A stretch of DNA of 64,000 bases from an uncultured Acidimicrobiales bacterium (GTDB lineage Bacteria; Actinomycetota; Acidimicrobiia; Acidimicrobiales; SZUA-35). The notes under the pieces were generated by a model, which searched no databases, had not been told where the DNA came from, and saw only the letters and a program-made list of their open reading frames with translations. Location: contig CALIFY010000012.1 in the NCBI GenBank assembly GCA_938021675.1, positions 19,697 through 83,696 of the forward strand, read 5' to 3'. Made by a program: the position numbers and the translations under genes. How positions within the stretch are numbered: position 1 is the first letter of the stretch; every line of letters starts with the position of its first letter. Below, one piece after another: positions 1 to 9,238 of this stretch.

Positions 1-186
1 TGCCCGATGGCTGGTCAGGTCATCGGGCCGCCGAACTGTTTGCCGCCCGGCGGTCGGCATGGCAGCCGGTTGCAGCAACTTGGTGGAGCGAGACCGAAGC
101 CGGTTACAGCTCGTAGGTCTGAAGCGACTACCGAAACACGGCTCGTCGGCTGGCTCACCGGTCGCCGCCGTCCAGACGGTGGAGTC

Positions 187-696
187 TCACGACTCTGACC
201 GGTCGGCGTCGCTGGTCAACAATGCACGGAGGTTCCCGTCGATTCGATCGAGCGCCTCGGTAAAGCGTTGCAGATCGTCGTCGGCCAACCCAGCGAACAC
301 ACGACGTCGCTCCTGGGTGGCGCGCTGGTGTAGTTCGTCGGCGAGGGACGCGCCGGCGACGGAAAGGGAAAGGATGCGGCACCGGCGATCCGTGGGATCG
401 TCGTTTCGCTCTACCAACCCAGCGGTTGTCAGGCCGTCGACGAGTCGGCTGACATTCGGCGCGTCGCCGAGGGCGGGCTCGGTGAGCTCGACCTGGCGAA
501 GGGGTCCGTCTTCCCGTAGCCGGGCCAGCAGGAACCATTTCTCGGGCGTCAAACCCCGCTGGTGGGTGTCCAGGAAACGGGCGAGGTGCGTAAGTAGTAG
601 ACGGTTTGTCTGATTGATTCGGTATGCCACCGCGTCTCCCAGCTTCGGGGAGTCGTGGACGTTCTCGGAATCGATGGCCGGCGACGGTTGGCTCAC
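187..696 (-). CDS. MarR family transcriptional regulator
   Basis: Winged-helix MarR pattern (LTPEKWFLLARL...NVSRLVDGL...GLVERNDDPTDRR). Start re-set to GTG 696, which overlaps the stop of the upstream ABM gene (GTGA). Confidence 0.85.
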   Translation of the reverse strand: MSQPSPAIDSENVHDSPKLGDAVAYRINQTNRLLLTHLARFLDTHQRGLTPEKWFLLARLREDGPLRQVELTEPALGDAPNVSRLVDGLTTAGLVERNDDPTDRRCRILSLSVAGASLADELHQRATQERRRVFAGLADDDLQRFTEALDRIDGNLRALLTSDADRSES

Positions 697-992
697 GGCC
701 CGACCCGTTCGCCGAGGTAGTAGGCGGAGTTCGGGGGCGCAGCCAGACACGGAGCGGCGACCTTCATCGTCTCGGCGAAGTGATCCGATCCCACATACAG
801 GTCGAACTGTTCCTTCGTGGACCACTCTTCGGTGATCATGATCGTATTGCGGTCGGCGGCGTCCACCGACACGACAAAAAGCTCGAATCCTTTGAACATG
901 GACGGCACTTGGTCGACTTCGGCGGCGAGCGTTGCCAGGAGGGTCTCACGGCCTTCGTCTGTTGCGGTAATTCGAACCCGTGCGCTGAGCAT
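693..992 (-). CDS. Antibiotic biosynthesis monooxygenase (ABM) family protein / putative quinol monooxygenase
   Basis: ~99 aa with ABM pattern (ITEEWSTKEQFDLYVGSDHF); ATG 992 preceded by a GGGGAGG RBS. Confidence 0.75.
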   Translation of the reverse strand: MLSARVRITATDEGRETLLATLAAEVDQVPSMFKGFELFVVSVDAADRNTIMITEEWSTKEQFDLYVGSDHFAETMKVAAPCLAAPPNSAYYLGERVGP

Positions 993-1009
993 CAACGCCT
1001 CCCCAAAGT

Positions 1010-1042
1010 TAGTGGCGTACGCAACCATTGCGTACGCCACTA
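1010..1042. promoter_or_regulatory. Perfect inverted repeat, candidate MarR operator
   Basis: TAGTGGCGTACGCAA-CCA-TTGCGTACGCCACTA (15-bp arms) ~18 bp upstream of the ABM-MarR operon start. Confidence 0.6.
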
Positions 1043-1140
1043 CAGTACGGCATGGGGGAGGAGACGGCTACTCGAACCGGTGAAGCCCCGTACCCAAGTG
1101 GAACGCCGGGCTGTGGTCTCCGGCAGGCCATACTGAAGAG

Positions 1141-2421
1141 GTGACGTCGAGCGACCGCCTAACAGCTGAGGATGGCGGATTCGGTCGTCGACGGTTTCTC
1201 GCTCAGGCTGGTCTCGGGGTTGGAACAGCGGCGGTGGCCGGGCTCGGATCGGCTTGCACCACCGGATCTACCGACGACGGTTCCAACGGCCACGGGCCCG
1301 GCGCCGCCGAGCCGGTGCCGTTTCGAGCCGATCGACAACTCGGTGTGCTTCGGCCTCCGATGGCGGCCGGAGCGGTCGCCGCGTTCGATGCGTCGGTCGG
1401 CACCTCTGCCGAGTTGATCGACACGCTGCAAACGCTGACCTCGGAGATCGAACGGTTGATGTCGGCTCAGCCGGCGACCGAGGTCGGAGAGATTCGCCCG
1501 CCGCTCGACTCTGGAGCGGTCGGTGTTGGTGCGCCGCCGGTGGGCACATCGGTCGTGCTCGGTGTCGGGTCGTCACTGTTTGACGATCGGTTCGGTATCG
1601 CCGACCGGCAGCCAACCGAATTGATTTCCATGCCCACGTTCCGCAACGATTTTCTGGTCCGCCCTGAGCGGTCGAACGGTGATCTCGTGCTGCTCATCGC
1701 CGCATCGAGCACTCAGGCCGTCGCCCACGCCCTCCATCAGATCGTTCGAGTTACGCAACCAAGCCTGAAGCTTCGGTGGGTTCAGGAGGGCTACAACGAT
1801 CTCTCCTCACCGTCGGAAGGGGGCGCCCCCACCCGCAACCTGATGGGATTCAAAGACGGCACCTCCAATCTCGACACCACCGATGACGTGGTGATGGACG
1901 AGCACGTTTGGGTTCAACCCGGCGACGCCGAGCCGGCGTGGGCGTCTGGTGGTACGTACCTGGCGGTTCGGGTCATCCGGATGTTGATCGAGTTCTGGTC
2001 GACGGCCGCCCTGGTCCGACAAGAACAGATCATCGGTCGCCACCGCGATACCGGCGCCCCGCTCGGCCAGTCCGAAGAGGGAGAGGAGCCGGCGTTCGCC
2101 TCAGACACGGAGAACCAGGCCATCGCCCCGACCTCTCACCTCCGGCGAGCCAACCCACGCCAGGCCAATACCGGTCGGTTGCTTCGACGCGGCTTCAGCT
2201 ACCTCGACGGCGCCGATGATTCCGGCACCCTCGATCAGGGTTTGTTGTTTTTGGCGTACCAGCGATCGTTGAACGCCGGGTTCTTGTCGGCCCAATCCCG
2301 CCTCGATGGGGAACCGCTTGAGGACTACGTACAGCCGGTCGGTGGTGGCTTGTTCTACGTCGTCCCTGGTCCTGGTTCCGGCGATGGCGGATGGCTTGGC
2401 CAAGGACTGTTCGAGGGGTGA
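1141..2421 (+). CDS. Tat-exported Dyp-type haem peroxidase (EfeB-like)
   Basis: Twin-arginine signal GRRRFL, GFKDGT (GXXDG), proximal His region SHLRRANPR, LLRRGFSY. Confidence 0.9.
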   Translation: MTSSDRLTAEDGGFGRRRFLAQAGLGVGTAAVAGLGSACTTGSTDDGSNGHGPGAAEPVPFRADRQLGVLRPPMAAGAVAAFDASVGTSAELIDTLQTLTSEIERLMSAQPATEVGEIRPPLDSGAVGVGAPPVGTSVVLGVGSSLFDDRFGIADRQPTELISMPTFRNDFLVRPERSNGDLVLLIAASSTQAVAHALHQIVRVTQPSLKLRWVQEGYNDLSSPSEGGAPTRNLMGFKDGTSNLDTTDDVVMDEHVWVQPGDAEPAWASGGTYLAVRVIRMLIEFWSTAALVRQEQIIGRHRDTGAPLGQSEEGEEPAFASDTENQAIAPTSHLRRANPRQANTGRLLRRGFSYLDGADDSGTLDQGLLFLAYQRSLNAGFLSAQSRLDGEPLEDYVQPVGGGLFYVVPGPGSGDGGWLGQGLFEG

Positions 2422-3449
2422 TGTCGCAACGATCCGAGGTCGCTGACGTCCATCTGCCGACCCCATCTCGGGCGCCGGTCGCCGCCGTGTTGCGGCGGGT
2501 CGGTTTCGCCGTTTCGTTGGTCGTGTTCGTCGCGCTCGTCGTCCGTCTCGGACAGGGTGGGTACATCGATGTGACCGGCGACGACATCACGATGCTCGAT
2601 GCTCTCTACTACGCATCGGTCACGGTGACGACCACCGGCTACGGGGATATCACGGCCGTGAGCGACGGGGCAAGGTTGGCCACGATCGTGCTGATCACGC
2701 CGGCCAGAATTCTCTTCCTCATCTTGGTGGTCGGGACGACCGTCGAGGTGCTTACCGAGCAGTCTCGACGGCTGTTCCTAGCCAGACGTTGGAGGCAACG
2801 GGTGAACGACCACTTCGTGATCTGTGGGTTCGGAGCGACCGGCCGGAGCGCCGCGCTCGACCTGGTCAACCGAGGCATCGAGCCGGGGCACATCGTCGTC
2901 GTCGACCGGACGGCCGATTCGGTGCTCGAAGCCGGCCGCCTCGGGTACGTCGCCGTTCATGGGGACGCGACCCAGAGCGACGTGTTGGGTCAAGCCGGGG
3001 TCGATCGGGCCCGGGCGGTGATCGTCGCTCCCAACCGCGATGACACCGCGGTCTTGGTCACCCTCACGGCCCGAGAACTCAACGACGATGCCCACATCGT
3101 GGCCGCCGGACGAGAGCAGGAAAACCTCCACCTGCTTCGCCAGGGAGGCGCCGATGAGGTTGTCGATGCCACATCGGCCGTTGGGCGGATGTTGGGTTTG
3201 GGGACCTACGCTCCCGGTGCGGTTCAAGTGATCGGCGATCTCCTGGACGCCGGCACCGGCCTCGAATTGGTGGAGATCAGCCCGGAGGTAGTCGATGCTG
3301 GTGAGGGCGACGCCTATGGGGTTGCCCCCGCCGGGGCCACCGTGGTTGCGGTGATACGGGACGGCGTTCGCCTGGAGCCCGAGGAGGTCGATGCTCCCGG
3401 TCGATTCGCCCGCAGCGATCGCCTGGTGGTGCTCCGAGGGTCTCAATGA
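2421..3449 (+). CDS. Potassium channel with TrkA-N/RCK domain
   Basis: Selectivity filter TTTGYGD between two TM helices, Rossmann GFGATG and GDAT motifs; ATG overlaps the Dyp stop (TGATG). Confidence 0.9.
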   Translation: MSQRSEVADVHLPTPSRAPVAAVLRRVGFAVSLVVFVALVVRLGQGGYIDVTGDDITMLDALYYASVTVTTTGYGDITAVSDGARLATIVLITPARILFLILVVGTTVEVLTEQSRRLFLARRWRQRVNDHFVICGFGATGRSAALDLVNRGIEPGHIVVVDRTADSVLEAGRLGYVAVHGDATQSDVLGQAGVDRARAVIVAPNRDDTAVLVTLTARELNDDAHIVAAGREQENLHLLRQGGADEVVDATSAVGRMLGLGTYAPGAVQVIGDLLDAGTGLELVEISPEVVDAGEGDAYGVAPAGATVVAVIRDGVRLEPEEVDAPGRFARSDRLVVLRGSQ

Positions 3450-3508
3450 TCTCGCTCATTTCCGACATGCCCAGTCATGTAGGGCGCCGCGCAGCTGCGT
3501 GAGAATAC

Positions 3509-4393
3509 CTAGGTGTTTGCTTGGAGGCTTGCGAGAACCGAAAGGTTCACGATGTCGTCGACCGAGCAACCGCGAGACAAGTCGTGAAGCACGCCGTTCA
3601 TGCCTTGGAGAACCGGGCCGATGGCCGTGGCGCCGGCCAGTCGCTCGGTGATTTTGTATGCGATGTTGCCGCTGTCGAGGTCGGGGAACACGAACACGTT
3701 GGCGTTGCCGGCCACCGACGACCCCGGTGCTTTGGATTCGCCGATCGCCGCGACCCAGGCCGCGTCGAACTGCAGTTCACCGTCGATAGCAAGATCGGGT
3801 TCGATGTCTCGTACCCGTTCGGTTGCCGATCGAACCTTGTCGACCCGGGGATGTTGGGCGCTGCCCTTGGTGGCGAACGACAACATGGCCACGCGGGGTG
3901 GTTCGCCGATCAGCAATCGATAGGACTTGGCACAGGCGATGGCGATCGATGCAAGCTGTTCGGCGTCGGGATCGGGAACGACGGCGCAATCGCCGAATAC
4001 CAGTGGTGTCCCATCCGATAAGACCATCACGAAACAGCTGGACACGACTGACATGCCGGGAGTCGTTCCGAGGATTCGCAGACCGGCCCGAAGTACGTCG
4101 GCGGTTGGTCGCGTAGCACCGGCGATACAGCCGTCGGCGTCGCCGGCAGCCACCAACAGCACCGCAACCGCCAGAGGATCATCGAGGTCGGGTGGTGTGT
4201 CGAGTTTCGTGGCGTATCGGGCCGCGGCGTCGGTGAGTTGATTGGCCGGGTCATCGATGACGGTGGCGTGAGCAAGGCCGTCATCGTTCAGGATGCGGGC
4301 CGCTTCGATCACCCGGTCGTCGCCGGCATCGGCCAACACGATTCGGCGTCGACAAGAGGCGGCCTGCTGCCGCCAGCGAGAAAGAAGTTCCAT
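3509..4393 (-). CDS. pta: Phosphate acetyltransferase (short form)
   Basis: RVAMLSFATKGSA, DGELQFDAA, FPDLDSGNIAYK, DLSRGCS motifs; start set at MELLSRW. Confidence 0.9.
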   Translation of the reverse strand: MELLSRWRQQAASCRRRIVLADAGDDRVIEAARILNDDGLAHATVIDDPANQLTDAAARYATKLDTPPDLDDPLAVAVLLVAAGDADGCIAGATRPTADVLRAGLRILGTTPGMSVVSSCFVMVLSDGTPLVFGDCAVVPDPDAEQLASIAIACAKSYRLLIGEPPRVAMLSFATKGSAQHPRVDKVRSATERVRDIEPDLAIDGELQFDAAWVAAIGESKAPGSSVAGNANVFVFPDLDSGNIAYKITERLAGATAIGPVLQGMNGVLHDLSRGCSVDDIVNLSVLASLQANT

Positions 4394-4419
4394 ATCGAGT
4401 GGGTATCGCCGTCGGTTGG

Positions 4420-5478
4420 TCAGCCGCCCTTGCCCCGCCACGGAATGAGAACCGATTCCACCACCCGAATGATCAGATCGAGGAACACGCCGATGAGGGC
4501 GATGATGATGATTCCCACCAACACGATGTCGGCTCGGAAGAAGCTCCGAGCCTGAAAGATCATGCTGCCGAGCCCGGTGTCGGTCCCCACCAATTCCGCC
4601 GCCACCAGCGTTCCCCAGCTCACGCCGAGGGCAACCCGACAGCCGGTGAACAACTCTGGCAACGCATTCGGCAATATCAACCGAAACAGGATTTGCGGCT
4701 TTGATGCACCAAGCGAGTATGCGGCTCGAATTTTGGACAGACTGACGGTTCGAACCCCGGCTCTGGCGGCGATGATCATGATCCAAATCGAGGCGAAGAT
4801 AAGCAAGGCGTATGCGCTTGGGTTGCCGATCCCGAACCACAAGATGAACAACGGGATCAACGCCAACGGGGGGATCGGTCGAAACAGCTCGACAGGAGTG
4901 TCGAAGAACCCTCGTAGTCGGCTCGATAGGCCCATCATGAACCCGATCGGGACGCCGACCACCGTGCCGGCGAGCATCCCGACCCCAACCCGGAACAGGC
5001 TGGTGCTGAGGTGCTCCCACAACGTGATGTTCTTGAAGCCCTCGGTCCGAAGGGTGTTGAATCCTCGCCACGTGTCGGCCGGGGACGGGAAGAACGTCGG
5101 CGCCACGACCTGTGAGTACCCGTTCTCATCGCAGTCGGGGGACTGTCGGCAGGCGGTAACTAGGTTGTTGTCGGTCAACTCCCGAGGCGGATCGGCCTCG
5201 GCGAACGCCACCGCTGTCTGCTGGCGAAAATCATCGGGAAAACCCCAGGCCTTGGTGACCGTCCACCAGGCGAGCAACAAGATCACCAGGGACAACAGGC
5301 TCCAGAACGGCATGCTCCTGACCGCACCGGCATCGCCGAACCGCACCGTCTTGCGAGCATCGGCCGAGCCGGACCGATTGAAGATGCCCCAACCGGAAAA
5401 GGGTCCGGACTTGTCGACCATCTGTAGCGTCCGCTCATCGCTGGCGCCGCTCAGTCCGCCGGGTCCGTGCTCAGACAT
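4420..5478 (-). CDS. tauC: Taurine/sulfonate ABC transporter permease
   Basis: RPIPPLALIPLFILWFGIG, AAYSLGAS (EAA loop), WGTLVAAEL; sits in an ABC operon. Confidence 0.8.
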   Translation of the reverse strand: MSEHGPGGLSGASDERTLQMVDKSGPFSGWGIFNRSGSADARKTVRFGDAGAVRSMPFWSLLSLVILLLAWWTVTKAWGFPDDFRQQTAVAFAEADPPRELTDNNLVTACRQSPDCDENGYSQVVAPTFFPSPADTWRGFNTLRTEGFKNITLWEHLSTSLFRVGVGMLAGTVVGVPIGFMMGLSSRLRGFFDTPVELFRPIPPLALIPLFILWFGIGNPSAYALLIFASIWIMIIAARAGVRTVSLSKIRAAYSLGASKPQILFRLILPNALPELFTGCRVALGVSWGTLVAAELVGTDTGLGSMIFQARSFFRADIVLVGIIIIALIGVFLDLIIRVVESVLIPWRGKGG

Positions 5479-5482
5479 CGGT

Positions 5483-6283
5483 TCAGCTCCCCTCGTGGCC
5501 CATGATCTGCTCTTCCATCTCCCAGATGAGCGACAGGACTTCTTCCCGCTTCTCGATGAACTCCGGCGATGCCTTCAGCTCACGGGGCTCAACGTCGAGC
5601 CCGGTATTGGCAAACGGGAGATCGTAGACATGCTCCACCCGGCCCGGTCGGGGGGCCATGACGAACAACCGGTCACCGAGGTAGAGCGCCTCCTCAACGC
5701 TGTGGGTGACCAACACGATCGTCTTTCCCGTGTCTTTCCACAGACGGAGTATCAGGCCCTGCATTTTCTCTCGGGTAAGCGCGTCTAACGCCCCGAGCGG
5801 TTCGTCCATCAAGATCACGGCCGGGTCGTTGGCCAGACAGCGGGCGAGCGCCACCCGCTGTTGCATGCCGCCCGATAGTTCGTAGGTTCGTTTCTCGCCG
5901 AAATCTTTCAGCCCGACCGTGGCCAGCAGTTCGTCGACTTTGGCATTGGTCTCACCGGTCGGTTTGCGACGCATCCTCGGCCCGAACGATATGTTTTTTC
6001 GCACGTTCAACCACTCGAACAGCGCCCCTTGCTGGAACACCATCCCCCGGTCCGGACCGGGACCGGTAATCGGTTCGTCGCCGAGTTTGACCGTGCCGGC
6101 GGTGGGGGCCAGGAACCCGGCCAAGATGTTCAACAATGTCGTCTTGCCGCATCCGCTCGGCCCGAGAAGCGTAAGCAGTCGGCCACCGGTCAGATCGAAC
6201 GAGACGTCCTTCAGGGCCTGAACCGATCCGCCCTTTGGTAGCTCGTACACCATGTCGACCGAGTCAACCTTCAGATTCCTCAT
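5483..6283 (-). CDS. tauB: Taurine/sulfonate ABC transporter ATP-binding protein
   Basis: Walker A GPSGCGKT, LSGGMQQR, MDEPLGALD, THSVEEA; ATG 6283 with GAGGG RBS. Confidence 0.85.
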   Translation of the reverse strand: MRNLKVDSVDMVYELPKGGSVQALKDVSFDLTGGRLLTLLGPSGCGKTTLLNILAGFLAPTAGTVKLGDEPITGPGPDRGMVFQQGALFEWLNVRKNISFGPRMRRKPTGETNAKVDELLATVGLKDFGEKRTYELSGGMQQRVALARCLANDPAVILMDEPLGALDALTREKMQGLILRLWKDTGKTIVLVTHSVEEALYLGDRLFVMAPRPGRVEHVYDLPFANTGLDVEPRELKASPEFIEKREEVLSLIWEMEEQIMGHEGS

Positions 6284-6409
6284 CGTCTCAACCCTCGCAG
6301 ATATTTCGCGTCCACCCAAAACGTGCGTCGGCCCGAAATGGGCGAGGTGCCGAGACCAACCGGCCCCGGCACCCCGCAACGCAGTATTTCGTCGACGTGC
6401 AGAACCGGA

Positions 6410-7567
6410 TCAGCCGGTTGCCGCCTCCAGGTAGCTGGTATCGACGAAGCCGGAGAAGTCACCGATCGATGAATCGATTTCTCCCAGTTCGACGAACGTG
6501 TCGAGCTGATCCGTCATGTTCTGCTGGACCTGTCCGCCGAGCCAGGCGTCCGATAGCTGGTCGTCGAGAGCGGGGAACGAGAACCAGAGATCCTCGCCGA
6601 GGAAGTTGCCGACGTCGTCCATGCCTGCGGCCTGGGCGATGATTGGATTGTTGGTCTCCGGGTCGGCGGCCCAGGTGTCGTTGAACTCCTGGGTTGCGCT
6701 CAGGAAGTTGCTGACGACCTCGGGATGGCCTTCACCGAAGGCGGTTGGAATCGACACGATGTCGTACGTTGCAATCCCAATCTCGCTCTCCTGTTCGGCG
6801 CCGGTCATGATCAGTTCGCCGCCGGCGTCCAACATTTCGACAACCGATCCGCCAAAGGCGCATCCGACGTCGATCTGGCCGGATACGAACGCCGCCGCGG
6901 TAGCGGCGCCGCTCTCGGCCGGAGTCACCTCAAGATCGTCGAGATTGACCCCGAGGAAGTCCATCATCGAAAGCATCTTGAAGTGGGTCACGTTGCCGAT
7001 CGGCGTGGTGATCGTTGCGCCGGTGAGGGTTTCGGCGGCGTTTTCGCGGGTTATGCCGAGGCTGCCCTGAGCGACACAGTTGTCGGCTTCGGCATAGGAC
7101 ACGGCGATGCCGACCAGTTTGAGGTCGGCGCCGTTGTTCACACCATTGGCAAACGGGGTGAGGCCCTGTGAGTATGCAATGTCGATGTCGCCGGCCACCA
7201 TGGCTTCGGTCATCTCGCTGCCGTTGGCAAACGGCACCCAGTTGATCGGCACGCCGACCGCATCGCCGAAGCTGCCGTCTTCTTGGCCGATCTGGTTTGG
7301 TGTCGGCCACTCGGCGAAGTAGGCGACGTTGAGCTCATCGAGTTCGGCCATGGCCTCGCCCTCTTCGCCCTCCCCGTCCCCTTCAGCGGCGTCATCTTCG
7401 GAGGACTCGTCGTCTTCTGCGTCACCGTCTTCTGCGTCACCGTCTTCTGCGTCACCGTCGGCCGCTTCGGTGGAATCGGTGGTGTCGGTGCCTTCGTCGT
7501 CACCATCGCCACAGGCCGCGGCGAATAGGCCGATGACGGCGAGAAGTAGTAGTAGTCGTCGTTTCAT
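6410..7567 (-). CDS. tauA: Taurine ABC transporter substrate-binding lipoprotein
   Basis: Signal peptide with lipobox FAAAC, acidic linker, then VAYFAEWPTP...INWVPF...SQGLTPF, resembling TauA-type binding proteins. Confidence 0.75.
   Translation of the reverse strand: MKRRLLLLLAVIGLFAAACGDGDDEGTDTTDSTEAADGDAEDGDAEDGDAEDDESSEDDAAEGDGEGEEGEAMAELDELNVAYFAEWPTPNQIGQEDGSFGDAVGVPINWVPFANGSEMTEAMVAGDIDIAYSQGLTPFANGVNNGADLKLVGIAVSYAEADNCVAQGSLGITRENAAETLTGATITTPIGNVTHFKMLSMMDFLGVNLDDLEVTPAESGAATAAAFVSGQIDVGCAFGGSVVEMLDAGGELIMTGAEQESEIGIATYDIVSIPTAFGEGHPEVVSNFLSATQEFNDTWAADPETNNPIIAQAAGMDDVGNFLGEDLWFSFPALDDQLSDAWLGGQVQQNMTDQLDTFVELGEIDSSIGDFSGFVDTSYLEAATG
7411..7459. repeat. 15-bp tandem repeat x3 encoding the (DGDAE)n linker of TauA
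   Basis: CGTCTTCTGCGTCAC repeated three times. Confidence 0.9.
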
Positions 7568-7606
7568 TGCTCTCCCCATTGTTGCGTTGACCCTGTTGGG
7601 TCGTGG

Positions 7607-8977
7607 TTAGCTGATGGTAGCCCCGCTAACCAACCACATATCGGTCATGGTTAACACCCGGTTGAGACGTTCGACTAGGTCATCGAGCACAAAACTGTCG
7701 GCCACTAGCGGTGGTGAGACCACGAGCATGGTGGCGCCTCGGTTGTCGGCCCGTATGAGTAATCCGGCCTGGCGGACCATGTCGGCTAGCACTCCACCTT
7801 CGAGTGCTGCCCGCTGGTGGTCATCGAGTTCGGTGGCGGTGTCTCGATCGGCCATGAGTTCGATGGCGTAGAAGTAACCGGCGCCCCGGATCTCCTTGAT
7901 GCAGCGGTGATGGTCGAATTGAGCGTCCAGTCTGGCTCGGAATCCGGCCTCGTTAGCCAGAACGTGATCGAGAATGCCCTCATGTTCCATGGCTCGGATA
8001 GTGGCTACCGCAACGGCTGTTGCCACCGGGTGGCCTCCAAAGGTCGAGCCGTGGAGGAACGTCCCCATCGGAGAGTCCCAGACGGTTTCCACCAGTGGGC
8101 GGCGAACGACCATACCGCCGAGGGGTTGGTAGGCGCTGGTGACCCCCTTAGCGAATGTCACGATGTCAGGTTCTGCCCCGAACCGTTCGCTGGCGAACCA
8201 ATGACCGAATCGACCGAACGCGCAAATCACTTCATCGGCGATGAGTAGAACGCCATGGCGATCGCAGATCCGGCGCAGCTCCTTCCAGTACCCGTCGGGT
8301 GGGACGAGACCGCCCCGGCCGTTTTGGACGGGCTCGGCCACCACCGCGGCGACCGTTTCCGGCCCTTCGGCCTCGATCATGTCCTCCACCGCTCGGGCTG
8401 ATGCCAGTTCGGCCGACGTGTCACGATAGGTGTTGCGAACGTGGCGCGTCCCCTGCCAGAGCATCGGCTGGAATATCTCGCGGAGCGTGGGGACGCCGGT
8501 CACCGAGAGGGCGCCGAGTGTTGACCCGTGATAGGACCACTCCCGGGAGATTACCTTGTATCGACTGTCGTCGCCGCGGGCGACGTGGTAGTTCCTGGCG
8601 AATTTGAGCGCCGATTCCATCGCCTCGGAACCAGAGTTCACGAAGAAGACCTCGCTCAGATCTCCCGGTGCTCGATCGGCGATCATCTGCGCCGCCTCGG
8701 CGGCCGGAGGATTGGCCCAACCCCAGGTTGGATAGAAGGCCAGCCTGTTCATTTGCTCGGATGCCGCGGCCGTGAGATCCGTTCGACCATGACCCAAGTT
8801 GGTGCAGAACAAGCCTGCGAGCCCGTCGAGGTACTCGTTGTCTTCGGCGTCGTACACGTAGCAGCCGTCGCCTCGCTCGATTACCCCCAGAGACTGGTTG
8901 TTCCACGCGTTGCCCGTCGTGAAGTGGGGAACCAGGTGTTGCTCAGCGTTCCGCTGTGTTGTGGCTCGCGTGCTCAT
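7607..8977 (-). CDS. Class III PLP aminotransferase, probable taurine:pyruvate aminotransferase
   Basis: YLDGLAGL, YHGSTLGALS, DEVICAFGRFG, TFAKG (PLP Lys), HGSTFGGHP; first gene of the tauABC-pta operon. Alternative start at 9025. Confidence 0.8.
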   Translation of the reverse strand: MSTRATTQRNAEQHLVPHFTTGNAWNNQSLGVIERGDGCYVYDAEDNEYLDGLAGLFCTNLGHGRTDLTAAASEQMNRLAFYPTWGWANPPAAEAAQMIADRAPGDLSEVFFVNSGSEAMESALKFARNYHVARGDDSRYKVISREWSYHGSTLGALSVTGVPTLREIFQPMLWQGTRHVRNTYRDTSAELASARAVEDMIEAEGPETVAAVVAEPVQNGRGGLVPPDGYWKELRRICDRHGVLLIADEVICAFGRFGHWFASERFGAEPDIVTFAKGVTSAYQPLGGMVVRRPLVETVWDSPMGTFLHGSTFGGHPVATAVAVATIRAMEHEGILDHVLANEAGFRARLDAQFDHHRCIKEIRGAGYFYAIELMADRDTATELDDHQRAALEGGVLADMVRQAGLLIRADNRGATMLVVSPPLVADSFVLDDLVERLNRVLTMTDMWLVSGATIS

Positions 8978-9036
8978 TGCGTGCCGGGTCGTAGCTTGCT
9001 GACTCCGCGGCTCTACTAACGACATCCTTTCAACCC

Positions 9037-9060
9037 CCTGCTCGTCGGCCGACGAGCAGG
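9037..9060. promoter_or_regulatory. Perfect 24-bp palindrome in the leader of the taurine operon
   Basis: CCTGCTCGTCGGCCGACGAGCAGG is its own reverse complement; function not determined. Confidence 0.4.
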
Positions 9061-9238
9061 CTTTAACAGCCTCACCCTCGACCGAGTTAGAAGATATAGC
9101 AATTATTTATGTATCTCTAACACGCCAACGTGGCCTGATCGTACATCGCAACCGCTCACCGGTAAAGGGGGGAGGCATGTCAACCATCCACCGGTTCACG
9201 AAGTCACTCCTGAATGGCGGCCGGTAGCCTCGGAGATC

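Noticed and set aside
4394-5071. Long N-terminal extension of Pta in the ORF track (520 aa); similar extensions on NuoG, NuoB2, NuoD2, CAP and MarR
   Set aside because: The extensions overlap upstream genes in another frame and have shadow-ORF composition; real starts were reassigned.
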